In this document: in pieces, positions 63,133 to 64,000 of the stretch
Layout: each line of letters begins with the position of its first letter
How positions within the stretch are numbered: the first letter of the stretch is position 1
From: Dehalococcoidia bacterium
GTDB lineage: Bacteria > Chloroflexota > Dehalococcoidia > Lucifugimonadales > VXLM01
DNA: 64,000 nt
Direction of reading: 5' to 3'
Assembly: GCA_963662435.1 (NCBI GenBank)
Contig: OY759598.1
Location: forward strand, 1,644,507 to 1,708,506
The notes under the pieces: generated by a model
What the model was told of the DNA's origin: nothing
The model's input: only the letters and a program-made list of their open reading frames with translations
The model's database searches: none
Made by a program: the position numbers and the translations under genes

Positions 63133-63945
63133 CCCACTCTCTGTGTCTGTCCCCCGGCGGGGGAGAGATCGGGATTATTTCCCAGGTGTTACGTCCCCTG
63201 CCCTTCGACGGTCTCAGGGCGAACGGGACCTCGCCGGGCGGGCGTATTGAGGACCTCGCCGGTCGGGCGTATTGAGGACCTCGCCGGGCAGGCGTATTGA
63301 GGACCTCGCCGGTCGGGCGTATAGAGAACCTCGCTGGTCGGGCAGACCTCGCCGGTCGGGCGTATTGAGAGCCTCGCCGGTCGGGCGTATTGGGCAGGTG
63401 CTGGGTTCTGGGTGTTGGTTCTTGGCAGTTAGGTTGTTGCTGGGGGTCTGCCCTTCGACAGGCTCAGGGCGAACGGGTCTTCACTTTTGGCGTTGCGGGA
63501 GGCCCCCTCTCTATGTCTCTCCCCCGGCGGAGGAGGGATCGGGATTATTTCCCAGGTGTTACGTCCCCTGCCCTTCGACGGTCTCAGGGCGAACGGGACC
63601 TCGCCGGTCGGGCGTATAGAGGATCTCGCCGGTCGGGCGTATTGAGGGCCTCGCCGGCCGGCCGTATTGGGCAGGTGCTGGGTTCTGGGTGTTGGTTCTT
63701 GGCAGTTAGGTTGTTGCTGGGGGTCTGCCCTTCGACAGGGTCAGGGCGAACGGGTCTTCACTTTTGGCGTTGCGGGAGGCCCCCTCTCTATGTCTCTCCC
63801 CCGGCGGGGGAGGGATCAGAATTGTCGGCAGTGTCTGCCCCCCGGCAGGGGAGAGAATTGTTGGCAGTGTCTGTCCCTCGGCGGGGGAGGGATCGGGATT
63901 GTTGGCAGTGTCTCTCCCGGTGAGGGAGAGATCGGAATTGCCAGC
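63133..63945. repeat. Composite REP-like / tandem repeat cluster
   Basis: CCCTTCGAC(A/G)G(G/T)..CAGGGCGAACGG four times (63201, 63451, 63571, 63728); CTC(T)CCCCCGGCGGGGGAG palindromes; 25-bp tandem GGACCTCGCCGGTCGGGCGTATTGA; duplicated blocks of about 280-370 bp. Confidence 0.9.
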
Positions 63946-64000
63946 ATTTTTCCCAAGGGGAGGAGAGGTTATTGGGTTGTGGGTGGATCTGCGAGTGATC

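Noticed and set aside
63226..63394. CRISPR array
   Set aside because: The 25-bp units are adjacent with no unique spacers, and there are no cas genes.
63272..63923. ORFs in the terminal repeat cluster
   Set aside because: They are translations of tandem and palindromic repeats.

Overview
This is a GC-rich bacterial window. Its gene content suggests Chloroflexota (Dehalococcoidia/SAR202-like), possibly host- or sponge-associated given the FN3, cadherin, NHL, LRR and RCC1 surface proteins; the taxonomy is inference only. From left to right it contains: a serine protease-moxR-DUF58-VWA-VWA operon; a lipoprotein cut by a nonsense codon; a ~2960-aa adhesin whose first 60 codons are hit by an IS5 and an IS630; two divergent MarR genes; three tandem methyltransferases; a GAF-PAS-kinase-receiver-wHTH hybrid; NHL/LRR and RCC1 surface proteins; an amino-acid ABC/amidohydrolase/MFS block; an ABC exporter pair; tRNA-Lys; then housekeeping-type genes (aapJ, hisFAH, an ftsZ-like gene, PAC2, an enolase-family enzyme, an M20 peptidase) and a REP-rich tail. 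Main finding: five related att-like sites (~35.55, 39.57, 39.69, 48.99 and 53.07 kb). The complete ones have 19-bp inverted arms around a 22-23-bp core resembling the tRNA-Lys 3' end. They divide the DNA left of the tRNA into intact cargo modules, and no recombinase gene is in the window. Second: a stand-alone FtsZ paralog plus a small SH3-like gene, under a promoter carrying a LexA-like box. Third: a duplicated ~215-nt structured leader. All alignments were done by hand; no database searches were run.
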